Source: an uncultured bacterium
Lineage (GTDB): Bacteria > Krumholzibacteriota > Krumholzibacteriia > Krumholzibacteriales > Krumholzibacteriaceae
Length of the DNA stretch: 64,000 nt
Assembly: GCA_963786935.1 (NCBI GenBank)
Contig: CAWBAN010000001.1
Location: 672,001-736,000, forward strand
Reading direction: 5' to 3'
This document shows positions 50,740 through 59,967 of the stretch, piece by piece. Under the pieces are notes generated by a model that saw nothing but the letters and a program-made list of their open reading frames with translations, searched no databases and was not told the DNA's origin. Within the stretch, counting starts at the first letter, position 1; each line of letters begins with the position of its first letter. The position numbers and the translations under genes were made by a program.

Positions 50740-52248
50740 ATGCGTGGATTCGAGCTGCAGAAATCGGAGCGGATCGCGCTCGTCGCCGTCCTCGCGGCCG
50801 CCCTGATCCTCAGGTTCTTCCGCCTGTCCCACCAGTCGCTCTGGGTCGACGAAATTCTCTCGTACAAGGCGTTCACGTCGGCCGCGGGAGTTCCCTACTG
50901 GAAGAAGCTCCTCTACGATGTGCACGGGCCGCTCTACTCCTTCGTCATGCATTTCTGGACCGCCGTCTCGAAATCCGATTTCTGGCTCAGGACCCCCAGC
51001 GCGATCGCGGGAGCGCTCGCCGTATACGCGCTGTACCGGTGGTTCGTGGAGATCGGGCGCAGGGACCTCGCCCTTCCGGCCGCGCTCTTCATGGCGCTGA
51101 GCCCGTTCCACCTCTACTATTCCCAGGAGGTCAGGTTCTATGCGTTCCTCTCGCTGTTTGCCGTGCTCTCGCTGATCGCGTACGAGCGGTTTCGCTCGGC
51201 GCCGAACGCGCGAAGCGGCGCCGTACTCGGCGCGGTTTTCGCGGGCGCGTGCCTTTCCCATTTTTCGGCGCTGTTTCTCGGCGCGGCGTTCGTCGTTCAC
51301 CTCGCCTGCACGGGACGGATGCGGGGGGCGCATCTGCGTTACGGCGCCCTCGCCGCGCTCATCGCGCTCGCCGCCGTTTCGCCCTGGATCTACCGGGAAG
51401 TCTGGTTTCTCCGGCAGATCCAGATCGTCGACATCTCGACCCTTCCCGTCGAGGAACGGCTGCGGGGCGAACTGACGATGAGCCGCTGGTCGTACCCGTA
51501 CGCCCTCTTCGCGTTTTCATCGGGATATTCCCTCGGTCCCGGGCTGCGCGAGCTCCACGGCGCGTCGTCCGTATCCGGGCTCTTCGCGCGGCATGCGCCG
51601 GCGATTATCGCGACCGGCCTCCTGTTCGGCGGGCTCGTCATCTCGGGGATCGTCCGTTCGGCGCGGCGGGGGCATCTGGGGCTCTTTCTGGCGGTCATGC
51701 TCGTCACGGTCGCCTCCGCCACCGTCGTCACCGCGTTCAACATCAAGGTGTTCAACGTGCGCTACCTCATGTGCGCGTTTCCGCTCTATCTGGCGCTCGT
51801 CGCCTACGGGCTTCCCGCCGGCGGGCGCGCGCGTCTCGCCGTCGGCGGCGCCGTCTGCGCGCTCATGCTGGTGTCCGACGCCAATTATCTCTTCAATCCG
51901 GCCTATTTCCGCGAAGACGTGCGGGGCGCGGCCGCCGTCGTCGCGTCGCGTGAGGAGCGCGGGGACCTGATCCTCGCGCCCGCCGTCGAGGAGGTGTTCG
52001 CCCACTATTACCGGGGGACGAACGCGATCCGGTTCATCGATCCTTCGGAGCTGGGAGTGGTCGGCACGGAGGAGGAAATCGCCCTCCGGTTCGAATCGCA
52101 CCCGCGAATCTGGTATCTCCGCAGCCGAAGCTGGGATAAGGACCCCGGCGGCATTCTCCCGCGCGCCCTGCCGGCGCAGGGCGACAGCGCGTACCGCTGG
52201 GCCGGCCCCGGCGTGGATTTGACCCTCTACATCAGGCGCGCGCGCTGA
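50740..52248 (+). CDS. GT-C fold glycosyltransferase (GT39/ArnT-like)
   Basis: SLWVDE, HGPLY, LRTPSA, YYSQEVRFY, multiple TMs, RYL. Confidence 0.85.
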   Translation: MRGFELQKSERIALVAVLAAALILRFFRLSHQSLWVDEILSYKAFTSAAGVPYWKKLLYDVHGPLYSFVMHFWTAVSKSDFWLRTPSAIAGALAVYALYRWFVEIGRRDLALPAALFMALSPFHLYYSQEVRFYAFLSLFAVLSLIAYERFRSAPNARSGAVLGAVFAGACLSHFSALFLGAAFVVHLACTGRMRGAHLRYGALAALIALAAVSPWIYREVWFLRQIQIVDISTLPVEERLRGELTMSRWSYPYALFAFSSGYSLGPGLRELHGASSVSGLFARHAPAIIATGLLFGGLVISGIVRSARRGHLGLFLAVMLVTVASATVVTAFNIKVFNVRYLMCAFPLYLALVAYGLPAGGRARLAVGGAVCALMLVSDANYLFNPAYFREDVRGAAAVVASREERGDLILAPAVEEVFAHYYRGTNAIRFIDPSELGVVGTEEEIALRFESHPRIWYLRSRSWDKDPGGILPRALPAQGDSAYRWAGPGVDLTLYIRRAR

Positions 52249-52274
52249 TTCGCGCCGCCGCGCCCGTGCCCCCA

Positions 52275-52302
52275 TTGACAGAACGTGGAACCGAGATATA
52301 CT
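52275..52302 (+). promoter_or_regulatory. Strong sigma70-type promoter
   Basis: TTGACA-N16-TATACT in an intergenic region. Confidence 0.65.
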
Positions 52303-52308
52303 CGAGAT

Positions 52309-52415
52309 AGGGTCGGTATCATCAGGGAGGGTATCCCGTGATGAGCGAACGCCCGGATTCGACTGGACGTGCTCGAACAGCCATCGGCATCCGCCTGATG
52401 GCTTTTTGTTTTTTT
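52309..52415 (+). ncRNA. Candidate structured sRNA or transcription-attenuator leader (family not recognised)
   Basis: Lies between the promoter and a terminator. Hairpins at 52319-52344 and 52343-52374, then a terminator stem plus U-tract. Confidence 0.45.
52379..52415 (+). terminator. Intrinsic terminator inside the leader of the lipoprotein gene
   Basis: AGCCATCGG-catccgc-CTGATGGCT followed by TTTTGTTTTTTT. Confidence 0.8.
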
Positions 52416-52478
52416 CCGGATGGACCACGGATCGGGAACGGCTCCGCGCCGTTCCGGAATGCAAGGAGGCTCGCCGCT

Positions 52479-52922
52479 ATGAGAATGGTCTTGATCCTCT
52501 GCGTGTGCGCCGCGCTGGCCGCGTCTATCGGATGCTCGTGCGTCTCGACGGTCGAGCGGGTCAACCGGACGCCGGTCGAGAGCAGGGAGGACTACATCAA
52601 GGCGCATCCGAATTGCGCGTTCAGCGAGAGCATCGTGAACGGGGAGATCGTGCGCGGCATGTGCGCGCCCGAGGTGATCGCCTCGTGGGGCCTTCCGAAC
52701 GTCTATGCCGTCACCCGATCGTCCCCGACGGAACAATGGATCTATTACCTCAAGGATCGCGATTCGCTCACGATGCTCATCTACACGCTGACCTTCGCCG
52801 ACGATACCCTGCAGGTGTGGGATATCGATCAAAAGCGGTTCGTGGGGCAGGGGATCGTCTCGACCGAGGACCTCAAGGAAGGCGCGTCGTCGGCCGCCGT
52901 CGACGATCAGAAGAGGCGGTAG
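52479..52922 (+). CDS. Hypothetical small lipoprotein
   Basis: SD AAGGAGG; signal MRMVLILCVCAALAASIGC; GM.x.EV..SWG.P and EQWIY resemble a BamE/SmpA-like pattern. Confidence 0.75.
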   Translation: MRMVLILCVCAALAASIGCSCVSTVERVNRTPVESREDYIKAHPNCAFSESIVNGEIVRGMCAPEVIASWGLPNVYAVTRSSPTEQWIYYLKDRDSLTMLIYTLTFADDTLQVWDIDQKRFVGQGIVSTEDLKEGASSAAVDDQKRR

Positions 52923-53019
52923 GGCGAGGGCGGCCGGAACCGACGGGGGAAAGGGCCGTCCGAGCGGCTCCATGGCTCGGGGGGGGCCGTGCCTGATTCC
53001 GGCGCGGCCCTTTTTCAAA

Positions 53020-53048
53020 TTGACACGAATCCTCCTCCAAACTATCCT
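53020..53048 (+). promoter_or_regulatory. Sigma70 promoter for hsp20-lon
   Basis: TTGACA-N17-TATCCT. Confidence 0.65.
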
Positions 53049-53101
53049 CACACCTGATTGCGCGGAGCGGGCGAATGCTTCCCGGGAAAGGATGCTGCGC
53101 C

Positions 53102-53548
53102 ATGATCGTCAAGCGTCTTCGGCTCGCCGAAGAGGATGAACGGGATCCGCTGCGAGACTCGTTCGGCCTGTTCTCGGGCGAGCGCTCGGGGCGAGGAGCG
53201 ATGCGGATCCACTCGGACCTCACGTGGGCGCCGCCGACCGATATCGTCGAAACCGAGGATGAGATCGTCGTCACCGTGGACATCGCCGGCATGACGGGGA
53301 AGGACATCAGCGTGGTGACCGACGGGAAGGTCCTCCGGATCAACGGCACGAGACGGAGTCCCACCGCGCAGGGAGCGAAGCAATTTCATATGCTCGAAAT
53401 CCAGTGCGGGCCGTTCGAGCGCGCCGTCGAGCTTCCGGGCCGCGTCGATCCGGCGAAGGTATCGGCCCACTATTCGAAAGGCATGCTCCAGATACGGATC
53501 CGCAAGCTCGATCCCGCGGAGTACGTGAAAAAAGTGGAGATCGAGTGA
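53102..53548 (+). CDS. Hsp20/alpha-crystallin small heat shock protein
   Basis: WAPPTDIVET, DIAGM, LRING.R, EIQCGPFER...LP, AHYSKGML. Confidence 0.9.
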   Translation: MIVKRLRLAEEDERDPLRDSFGLFSGERSGRGAMRIHSDLTWAPPTDIVETEDEIVVTVDIAGMTGKDISVVTDGKVLRINGTRRSPTAQGAKQFHMLEIQCGPFERAVELPGRVDPAKVSAHYSKGMLQIRIRKLDPAEYVKKVEIE

Positions 53549-53571
53549 AACCGTCGCGGCGAAGCTATCGA

Positions 53572-55959
53572 ATGGGTTCCGAAGCCGACGCCATAGCCGA
53601 GGGGAACGACCTTCTTCGCGAGATTCCGGAAGAGCTCGCGATCATTCCCATCAACGACGCCGTCGTCTTCCCCTACATGCTCATTCCGCTCATCCTCACC
53701 GATACGAATCTCATCCGGCTCGTCGACGAGGCGCTCGCAGGGAGCAAGATCATCGGCGTGTTCACGCAGTCCGACAAGGCGGTGCAGACCCCCGGCCCGG
53801 ACGATATCTACCGCACGGGCTGCGCCCTGCTCATCCAGAAGATGGCGCGATTCCCCGACGGCCACGTCCGGATCATCGGCCAGGGGCTCGCGCGCATTTC
53901 GATCAGGCAATTCACCGACGAGCTGCCGTTCATGCGCGCGCGCGTCGCCATTCTCCCCGAGGAAGACCCGAAGGACGACCGGACGAAGGCGCTCATGCGG
54001 AACGTGGTCTCCGCCTTCTTCACGATCGTCGATTCGTCCGAGAGCTATCCGGAGGAGACGAAGGGAATCGTCTCGAGCATCAAGAGCGCGGGACGATTGG
54101 CCGACATGCTCACGGCGAACCTCGCCATGGAGGTCGCCGACAAGCAGAAGGTGCTCGAGATCCTCGATCCGGTGAAGCGGCTCGGGTTCATCTACGAATT
54201 CATCACGGGGGAGCTCGAGATCGTGAAGATCGGGGAGAAGATCAAGCGGGATGTCCGCAAGGAGATGGACAAGGAGCAGCGCGAGTATTTCCTCAGACAG
54301 CAGATCAGGGCGATCCAGAAGGAGCTCGGCGAGGAGGACGCCGGCCTCGAGATGGACGAGCTGAAGGAGCGGATCGACGCCGCGGAGATGCCGGCGGCCG
54401 CTCGGGAGGCGGCGCTCAAGGAATGGGGGCGGCTGCGCAAGATGTCGTCGAGCTCCGCCGAGTACGTCGTTGTCCGCACGTACCTCGACTGGTTCCTCGA
54501 GCTCCCGTGGGAGCGTTCGACCCGCGACATCCTCGATATCGAGCGCGCCCGGCGCATCCTGGACGCCGACCACTACGATCTCGATCAGGTGAAGGAGCGC
54601 ATTCTCGAGTTCCTCTCGGTGAAGAAGCTCAAACGGAGCCTCAAAGGATCGATCCTGTGCTTCGTCGGGCCGCCCGGCGTCGGGAAGACCTCGCTCGGCA
54701 AGAGCATTGCGAGCGCGCTCGGCCGCACCTTCGTGCGCATGTCCCTCGGGGGGATCAAGGACGAGGCTGAAATACGGGGGCATCGGCGCACGTACATCGG
54801 CGCGCTCCCCGGCAAGATCATCCAGGGGATCCGCACCGCCGGCAGCAACAACCCCGTCTTCATGCTCGACGAGATCGACAAGCTCGGAAACGATTTTCGG
54901 GGGGATCCCGCCTCCGCGTTGCTCGAGGTGCTCGATCCCGAGCAGAACAATTCGTTCGAGGATCATTACATCAATATCCCGTTCGACCTTTCGCGCGTCA
55001 TGTTCATCACGACGGCGAACGTACGCGACACCATCCCCGCGCCGCTTCTCGACCGGATGGAGGTGCTCGAGCTTCCCGGCTACATCACGTACGAGAAGAC
55101 GAGGATCGCCAAGCGCTTTCTCATCCCGCGCCAGCTGTCGGAGACGGGCGTGCCGGCGCGGAAGCTCCTCATCACGGACGACGCGATCGCGCGGATCGTC
55201 GAGCGCTACACGCGGGAAGCGGGAGTGCGCAATCTCGAGCGACGCATCGCCGCGATCGCGCGCAAGAGCGCGCGGAAGCTCGTCGAGCGCCGGCGGGGTC
55301 CGTTCCGCGTCACGCCGGCGAATCTGAAGAGCTGGCTCGGCCCCGAGGAGTATCCCGAGGAGGAGATGCGCCCCGTCCCGGCGGTGGGCGTTTCGACCGG
55401 TATGGCGCGGTCCGCGGCGGGCGGGACGATTCTGTTCATCGAAGCGATCACGGTGACGGGCGGCGGCAAGCTCAAGCTCACGGGGAGCCTCGGCGAGGTC
55501 ATGAAGGAATCCGCCGAGGCCGCGCTGAGCTTCGTGAAATCGAAATACGGGGGGAACGGCGGCCGGTCTTCGTTCTTCGACCGCTTCGACATCCATCTCC
55601 ACGTGCCGGCCGGCGCGGTGCCGAAGGACGGCCCGAGCGCGGGGGTGCCCATCGCGGCGGCGCTCGCCTCGCTCGCCTTGAACCGGGCCGTCCGGAACGA
55701 CGTGGCCATGACGGGGGAAGTGACGCTGACGGGCAAGGTGCTTCCGGTCGGCGCGATCAAGGAGAAGGTCATCGCGGCGAACCGGGCCGGCATCCGCGAG
55801 ATCGTGCTGCCGCGCCTGAACGAGAAGGATCTCGAGGAAATTCCCGAGCGGATCATGCGGGGCATGCGGTTCCGTTTCATCGAGCGGGTCGACGAGGGGC
55901 TGGCGTTCGCGCTCGTCCCCGGAACGCCGCGGCGGTCATCGCGGCAAAGGCGGCGATAA
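53572..55959 (+). CDS. lon: Lon protease
   Basis: VVFP N-domain, QREYFLRQQ, LDADHYDL..VKERI, GPPGVGKT, DEAEIRGHRRTYIG, catalytic PKDGPSAG and KEK. Confidence 0.97.
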   Translation: MGSEADAIAEGNDLLREIPEELAIIPINDAVVFPYMLIPLILTDTNLIRLVDEALAGSKIIGVFTQSDKAVQTPGPDDIYRTGCALLIQKMARFPDGHVRIIGQGLARISIRQFTDELPFMRARVAILPEEDPKDDRTKALMRNVVSAFFTIVDSSESYPEETKGIVSSIKSAGRLADMLTANLAMEVADKQKVLEILDPVKRLGFIYEFITGELEIVKIGEKIKRDVRKEMDKEQREYFLRQQIRAIQKELGEEDAGLEMDELKERIDAAEMPAAAREAALKEWGRLRKMSSSSAEYVVVRTYLDWFLELPWERSTRDILDIERARRILDADHYDLDQVKERILEFLSVKKLKRSLKGSILCFVGPPGVGKTSLGKSIASALGRTFVRMSLGGIKDEAEIRGHRRTYIGALPGKIIQGIRTAGSNNPVFMLDEIDKLGNDFRGDPASALLEVLDPEQNNSFEDHYINIPFDLSRVMFITTANVRDTIPAPLLDRMEVLELPGYITYEKTRIAKRFLIPRQLSETGVPARKLLITDDAIARIVERYTREAGVRNLERRIAAIARKSARKLVERRRGPFRVTPANLKSWLGPEEYPEEEMRPVPAVGVSTGMARSAAGGTILFIEAITVTGGGKLKLTGSLGEVMKESAEAALSFVKSKYGGNGGRSSFFDRFDIHLHVPAGAVPKDGPSAGVPIAAALASLALNRAVRNDVAMTGEVTLTGKVLPVGAIKEKVIAANRAGIREIVLPRLNEKDLEEIPERIMRGMRFRFIERVDEGLAFALVPGTPRRSSRQRRR

Positions 55960-57065
55960 TGCGAGAACGTGAGGACGGACGGGACCTCGTTCCCCGCATT
56001 GTCTCCTATTTCGCGAGGAGCGTCGGGAAATCGCGCGCGTTCCATCTCCCCGCCGACATCGCCAACGCCTCGTCGCTCATCTTCATCGATTCGGGCGACG
56101 TCGTCGATCTCCTCTTCGCGGCGCCGGTCATCAATTTCTTCGCGACGCATTTTCCGCTGATCAAAACGACGTTCCTCGTGCGGAGCGCCGACGCGGAGCT
56201 CGTGAAGGGGCTCATGCGCGTGAACGCGATCATCTCCTACGAGCCCCGGCAGCTGAAGCTCTATTCGGCCGACTATCTCGCGCTCACGCGGAAGCTCAGG
56301 AATAAGAAGATCGACATCGCGATCCTCTTCGACCGCGGCTATTCCCTCGAGCGCCACCTGCTCGCGTTCGCGATCGGCGCGCCGATACGCATCGGATTCG
56401 CGCATCCGCTCGCGTTCCCGTTCCTCAACTGCGAAATCCGTCTCTCCGACGGGCAGTACGAGGGGAAGAAGATGCCGCGGATCCTGCAGTCGATCGGCCT
56501 CAAGCTCGAGGAGGGATGGGACGCGGTGACGCTCGTGCCGCGCGACGTGCAGCACGCCCGCCAGCTGAAGCACTTCTGGAAGCCGGAGAAGGACCTGCTC
56601 ATGGTCGGGCTCGATCCGAGCGGCAGCAAAACGAGGCACCACGTCATACCGGAGATCATCGCCTACCTCGCGAACAATCTCGCGAGCCGCCGGCGCGCGA
56701 AGTTCCTCATTTTCGCGAATCCATGGGACGAGAAGCTCGTCCGGGGCCTCACCGCGGAGCTCAAGGGGGATGTGATCGACCTGAAACCGGAGAGCGCCGG
56801 CGAAACGGTCGCGCTGCTCTCCCAGTGCGACCTGTTCCTCTCCGGCAACACGAATCTCTTCCATTTCGCGGCGGCCCTCAAGGTGCCGACGATCGGGCTG
56901 TTCACGAAGATCGATCGATCGGGGTGGATTCCGGAGAACGCGCCGAACGTGAGGATATTCCAGGGAACGCGCGGGGAGAAGCTGTCCCTCAAGGACTTCT
57001 TCCACATCGTCGAAGAGGTGCTCGCCACGCGGAGCGGGGCTCCGGCGGAGCACGAACGCCCGTGA
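55959..57065 (+). CDS. Glycosyltransferase family 9 (heptosyltransferase-like), degenerate motifs
   Basis: GT9-like layout: GDVVDLLFAAP, RIGF, ALLSQCDLFLSGNT..FHFAAALKVPTIGLF. Confidence 0.72.
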   Translation: MREREDGRDLVPRIVSYFARSVGKSRAFHLPADIANASSLIFIDSGDVVDLLFAAPVINFFATHFPLIKTTFLVRSADAELVKGLMRVNAIISYEPRQLKLYSADYLALTRKLRNKKIDIAILFDRGYSLERHLLAFAIGAPIRIGFAHPLAFPFLNCEIRLSDGQYEGKKMPRILQSIGLKLEEGWDAVTLVPRDVQHARQLKHFWKPEKDLLMVGLDPSGSKTRHHVIPEIIAYLANNLASRRRAKFLIFANPWDEKLVRGLTAELKGDVIDLKPESAGETVALLSQCDLFLSGNTNLFHFAAALKVPTIGLFTKIDRSGWIPENAPNVRIFQGTRGEKLSLKDFFHIVEEVLATRSGAPAEHERP

Positions 57066-57080
57066 GGGGGAGATGACGCC

Positions 57081-58937
57081 GTGCCGCTCGTCCGTCCCAA
57101 CAATACCTACGCGAGACTGCTCCGCTATCTCGTGCCGATGTGGCGGCGCCTCGCGATCCTCTTCGCCGTCACCGCGCTGTTCGCCGCGCTCAGCGGCGTC
57201 TCGCTCGGGCTCATCCCGCCGTTTCTCCACATCCTGTTCGGCGAGGGCGCGGCGCCGGATATCACGGCGCAGGTGTCGTCGGAGCGCGGCATACCGCTCC
57301 CCGATTCATGGGAGCGGGGGAAGACGGCCGTGCTCGGCGCGGCGGACGGCTTCATCTACCGCGGCACGCCCGTCGAGCGGCTCGGCCGGTTCTGCGTCGT
57401 CTTTCTCGCGCTCATGCTCGTCAAGAACATGTTCGGGTATCTGAGCATGTACATGACGATCAGCCTCGAGCAGTCGGTGCTCTTCCGCGTGAGGGACGAC
57501 CTGTACAGCAAGACGCAGATGCTGCCCCTCTCGTTCTTCGATCGCGAAAAGACGGGGCATCTCATCTCGCGCATCACGAACGACGTGACGAACCTGCGCG
57601 GCATCGTGGTGGGCTCGCTCACGAGCATCGTCCAGAACGGGCTCATGGCGGCGATCGCGATCGCGATCGTGTTCCTCACGTCCTGGAAGCTGTCCCTCCT
57701 CACGCTCATCCTCCTGCCGACGAACATCACGCTTATCGGCATCATCAGCCGGAAGCTCCGCAAGAAGAGCATGCGCGCGCAGGAGCGGATGGCCGACATG
57801 ACCTCGGTGCTGCAGGAGACGATATCGGGCGTGCGGGTCGTGAAGGCGTTCGGCATGGAGGATTTCGAGAAGAAGAAGTTCCACGAGTTCAACCGGCGGC
57901 ACTTCAAGGAGTATCTCCGGATGCGCCGCCTCGCGGAGCTCGCCTCGCCGACGAGCGAAACGCTCGGCACGGTCGCCGCCGTCGTCATCATCTGGTACGG
58001 CGGGAAGCTCGTCCTCCACGAGAACCTCGATCCGGCGAACCTCATGCTGTTCATCGGGGCGATGCTGTGGGTCATCGCTCCGGTCAAGAACCTGAGCAAG
58101 CTCAACAGCACGGTCAACGAGGGGCTCGCGTCGGGGGACCGGATTTTCCAGATTCTCGATATTCCGTCGGAGCACGAGGAATCGGGCTCGGTGCTGATCG
58201 ACGACTTCCGCGACGAGATCGTCTACGATCATGTCACCTTCAGCTACGGCAACGACATCGACGTGCTCCGCGACGTCAGCTTCCGCATCAAGCGCGGGGA
58301 GGTCGTCGCCGTCGTGGGGCCGAGCGGTTCCGGCAAATCGACCGTCGCGGACCTTCTTCCCCGCTTTTACCGGCCCACGGGAGGGAGGATCCTCATCGAC
58401 GGGGTCGACATCGCGAGCGTATCGATTCCCTCGCTCCGCTCGCTGATGGGGATCGTCACGCAGGAAACCATTCTCTTCAACGACTCGATCTTCAACAACA
58501 TCGCCTACGGCATGGAAAACTGCCCCGAAGCGGACGTCGTCCGCGCGGCGAGGGCGGCGAACGCGCACGAGTTCATCCTCGCCGCCCCGCAGGGCTACCG
58601 GACGGTCATCGGCGACCGGGGCGTGCAGCTCTCGGGGGGACAGCGCCAGCGAATCGCCATCGCGCGGGCCCTTCTCAAGAATCCGAAGATCCTCATTCTC
58701 GATGAAGCGACGAGCTCCCTCGACGTCGAGAGCGAGACGCTCGTGCAGGAAGCGATCGACCGGCTCATGAAGGGACGGACGAACTTCGTCATCGCCCACC
58801 GTCTTTCCACGATACGGAACGCCGATCGGATCATCGTCATCGAGGACGGGCGGATCAGGCAGATCGGCACCCACGAGGAGTTGATCGGTGCTGAAGGGAT
58901 CTACCGGAAGCTCTACCACATGCACGCAAAGCCGTGA
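57081..58937 (+). CDS. msbA: Lipid A-core flippase MsbA-type ABC exporter
   Basis: TM domain with GHLISRITNDV, LQETISGVRVVKAF; NBD GPSGSGKST, LSGGQRQR, LDEATS, IAHRLST; in an LPS cluster. Confidence 0.88.
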   Translation: MPLVRPNNTYARLLRYLVPMWRRLAILFAVTALFAALSGVSLGLIPPFLHILFGEGAAPDITAQVSSERGIPLPDSWERGKTAVLGAADGFIYRGTPVERLGRFCVVFLALMLVKNMFGYLSMYMTISLEQSVLFRVRDDLYSKTQMLPLSFFDREKTGHLISRITNDVTNLRGIVVGSLTSIVQNGLMAAIAIAIVFLTSWKLSLLTLILLPTNITLIGIISRKLRKKSMRAQERMADMTSVLQETISGVRVVKAFGMEDFEKKKFHEFNRRHFKEYLRMRRLAELASPTSETLGTVAAVVIIWYGGKLVLHENLDPANLMLFIGAMLWVIAPVKNLSKLNSTVNEGLASGDRIFQILDIPSEHEESGSVLIDDFRDEIVYDHVTFSYGNDIDVLRDVSFRIKRGEVVAVVGPSGSGKSTVADLLPRFYRPTGGRILIDGVDIASVSIPSLRSLMGIVTQETILFNDSIFNNIAYGMENCPEADVVRAARAANAHEFILAAPQGYRTVIGDRGVQLSGGQRQRIAIARALLKNPKILILDEATSSLDVESETLVQEAIDRLMKGRTNFVIAHRLSTIRNADRIIVIEDGRIRQIGTHEELIGAEGIYRKLYHMHAKP

Positions 58938-59967
58938 GGCGATCCTCGTCATCGCTCCGACCTGGCTGGGGGACGCCGTTATGGCGACCTCCTTTCTCGC
59001 CGCGCTCCGCGCGCGGCGGCCGGACGCCGCCGTCGCCGTTCTCTGCGGGGAATACGCGGCGGAGATCTTCCGGCGGAGCCCCGCGATAGATTCGCTCGTC
59101 GAATACCGGGGGAGAGGCATTCGGACGCGCATCGCGGCGGCGCGCGCGGCGTCGCGCGGCGCCGGCGGGTTCGACGTCTGCTTCGTTCTCCCGCCGTCCC
59201 TCTCTTCGGCGATCGTCGCCCGCGGCTCCGGCGCGCGCCGGAGGCTGGGCTACGGGGGGCAGGGGAGGCGGGTCTTCCTCACCGATACGCTCCCCGCATC
59301 GGGGTATCGGGACGGCCACCTCTCGTCGGCCTACCTGAGACTCCTCGAGCGGTACACGGGGCGTCCCGAGCATCGTACGCCGCTCCCGGCGATCGTTCCG
59401 CCTCCTTCATGGAGGGAGACGTCGCGCGCGATCGGCGGGGGAGAGCGATATTTCGTCATCGCGCCCGGAGCGACGTACGGTTCGGCGAAGGTGTGGCCGC
59501 ACGAGCGCTACGCGGCGCTCTCGCGGATGCTCCTGAGCCGGTTGGGGGGAGCGGCGGTCATCGTGGGGAGGGGAGCGGAACGGGAGGGAGCGGCCGCGCT
59601 CGCGGCGCTCATCGGTCCCGCCGCGCGGAATCTCGCGGGCGCGCTCCCGCTGGAATCGCTCATCGCGGCGCTCCGCGGCGCTGCCGTCGTGATCGGGAAC
59701 GACAGCGGCCCCGTGCACGTCGCGTCCGCGCTCGGCGTGCCGGTCGTGGCCGTCTTCGGGCCGACGAGCGCCGAATGGACCGCCCCGCGCGGCCCCGCGG
59801 TCCGCGTCATTCGGGACGATGTCGAGTGCGCGCCCTGCTTCAAGCGCGAATGCCCCTCCGGGGAGCCTCGGTGCCTCGCCGGGATCGCGGCCGAGAGGGT
59901 TCACGACGCGGCGCTGGAGCTCGCCGACGCGCATGCGGGAGGGGCCGGCGATGAATCTCGACGATGA
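58888..59967 (+). CDS. waaF: LPS heptosyltransferase II-like (GT9); start uncertain
   Basis: PTWLGDAVM, APGATYGSAKVWP, NLAG, GNDSGPVH, VFGPT, CAPCFKREC. Confidence 0.82.
   Translation: MLKGSTGSSTTCTQSREAILVIAPTWLGDAVMATSFLAALRARRPDAAVAVLCGEYAAEIFRRSPAIDSLVEYRGRGIRTRIAAARAASRGAGGFDVCFVLPPSLSSAIVARGSGARRRLGYGGQGRRVFLTDTLPASGYRDGHLSSAYLRLLERYTGRPEHRTPLPAIVPPPSWRETSRAIGGGERYFVIAPGATYGSAKVWPHERYAALSRMLLSRLGGAAVIVGRGAEREGAAALAALIGPAARNLAGALPLESLIAALRGAAVVIGNDSGPVHVASALGVPVVAVFGPTSAEWTAPRGPAVRVIRDDVECAPCFKRECPSGEPRCLAGIAAERVHDAALELADAHAGGAGDESRR

Noticed and set aside
52343..52370. GGATTCGAC resembling the tmRNA 5' region or a tRNA T-arm
   Set aside because: There is no GGGG 5' acceptor strand, tag ORF, CCA-type 3' end or cloverleaf, and a terminator follows within about 50 nt.
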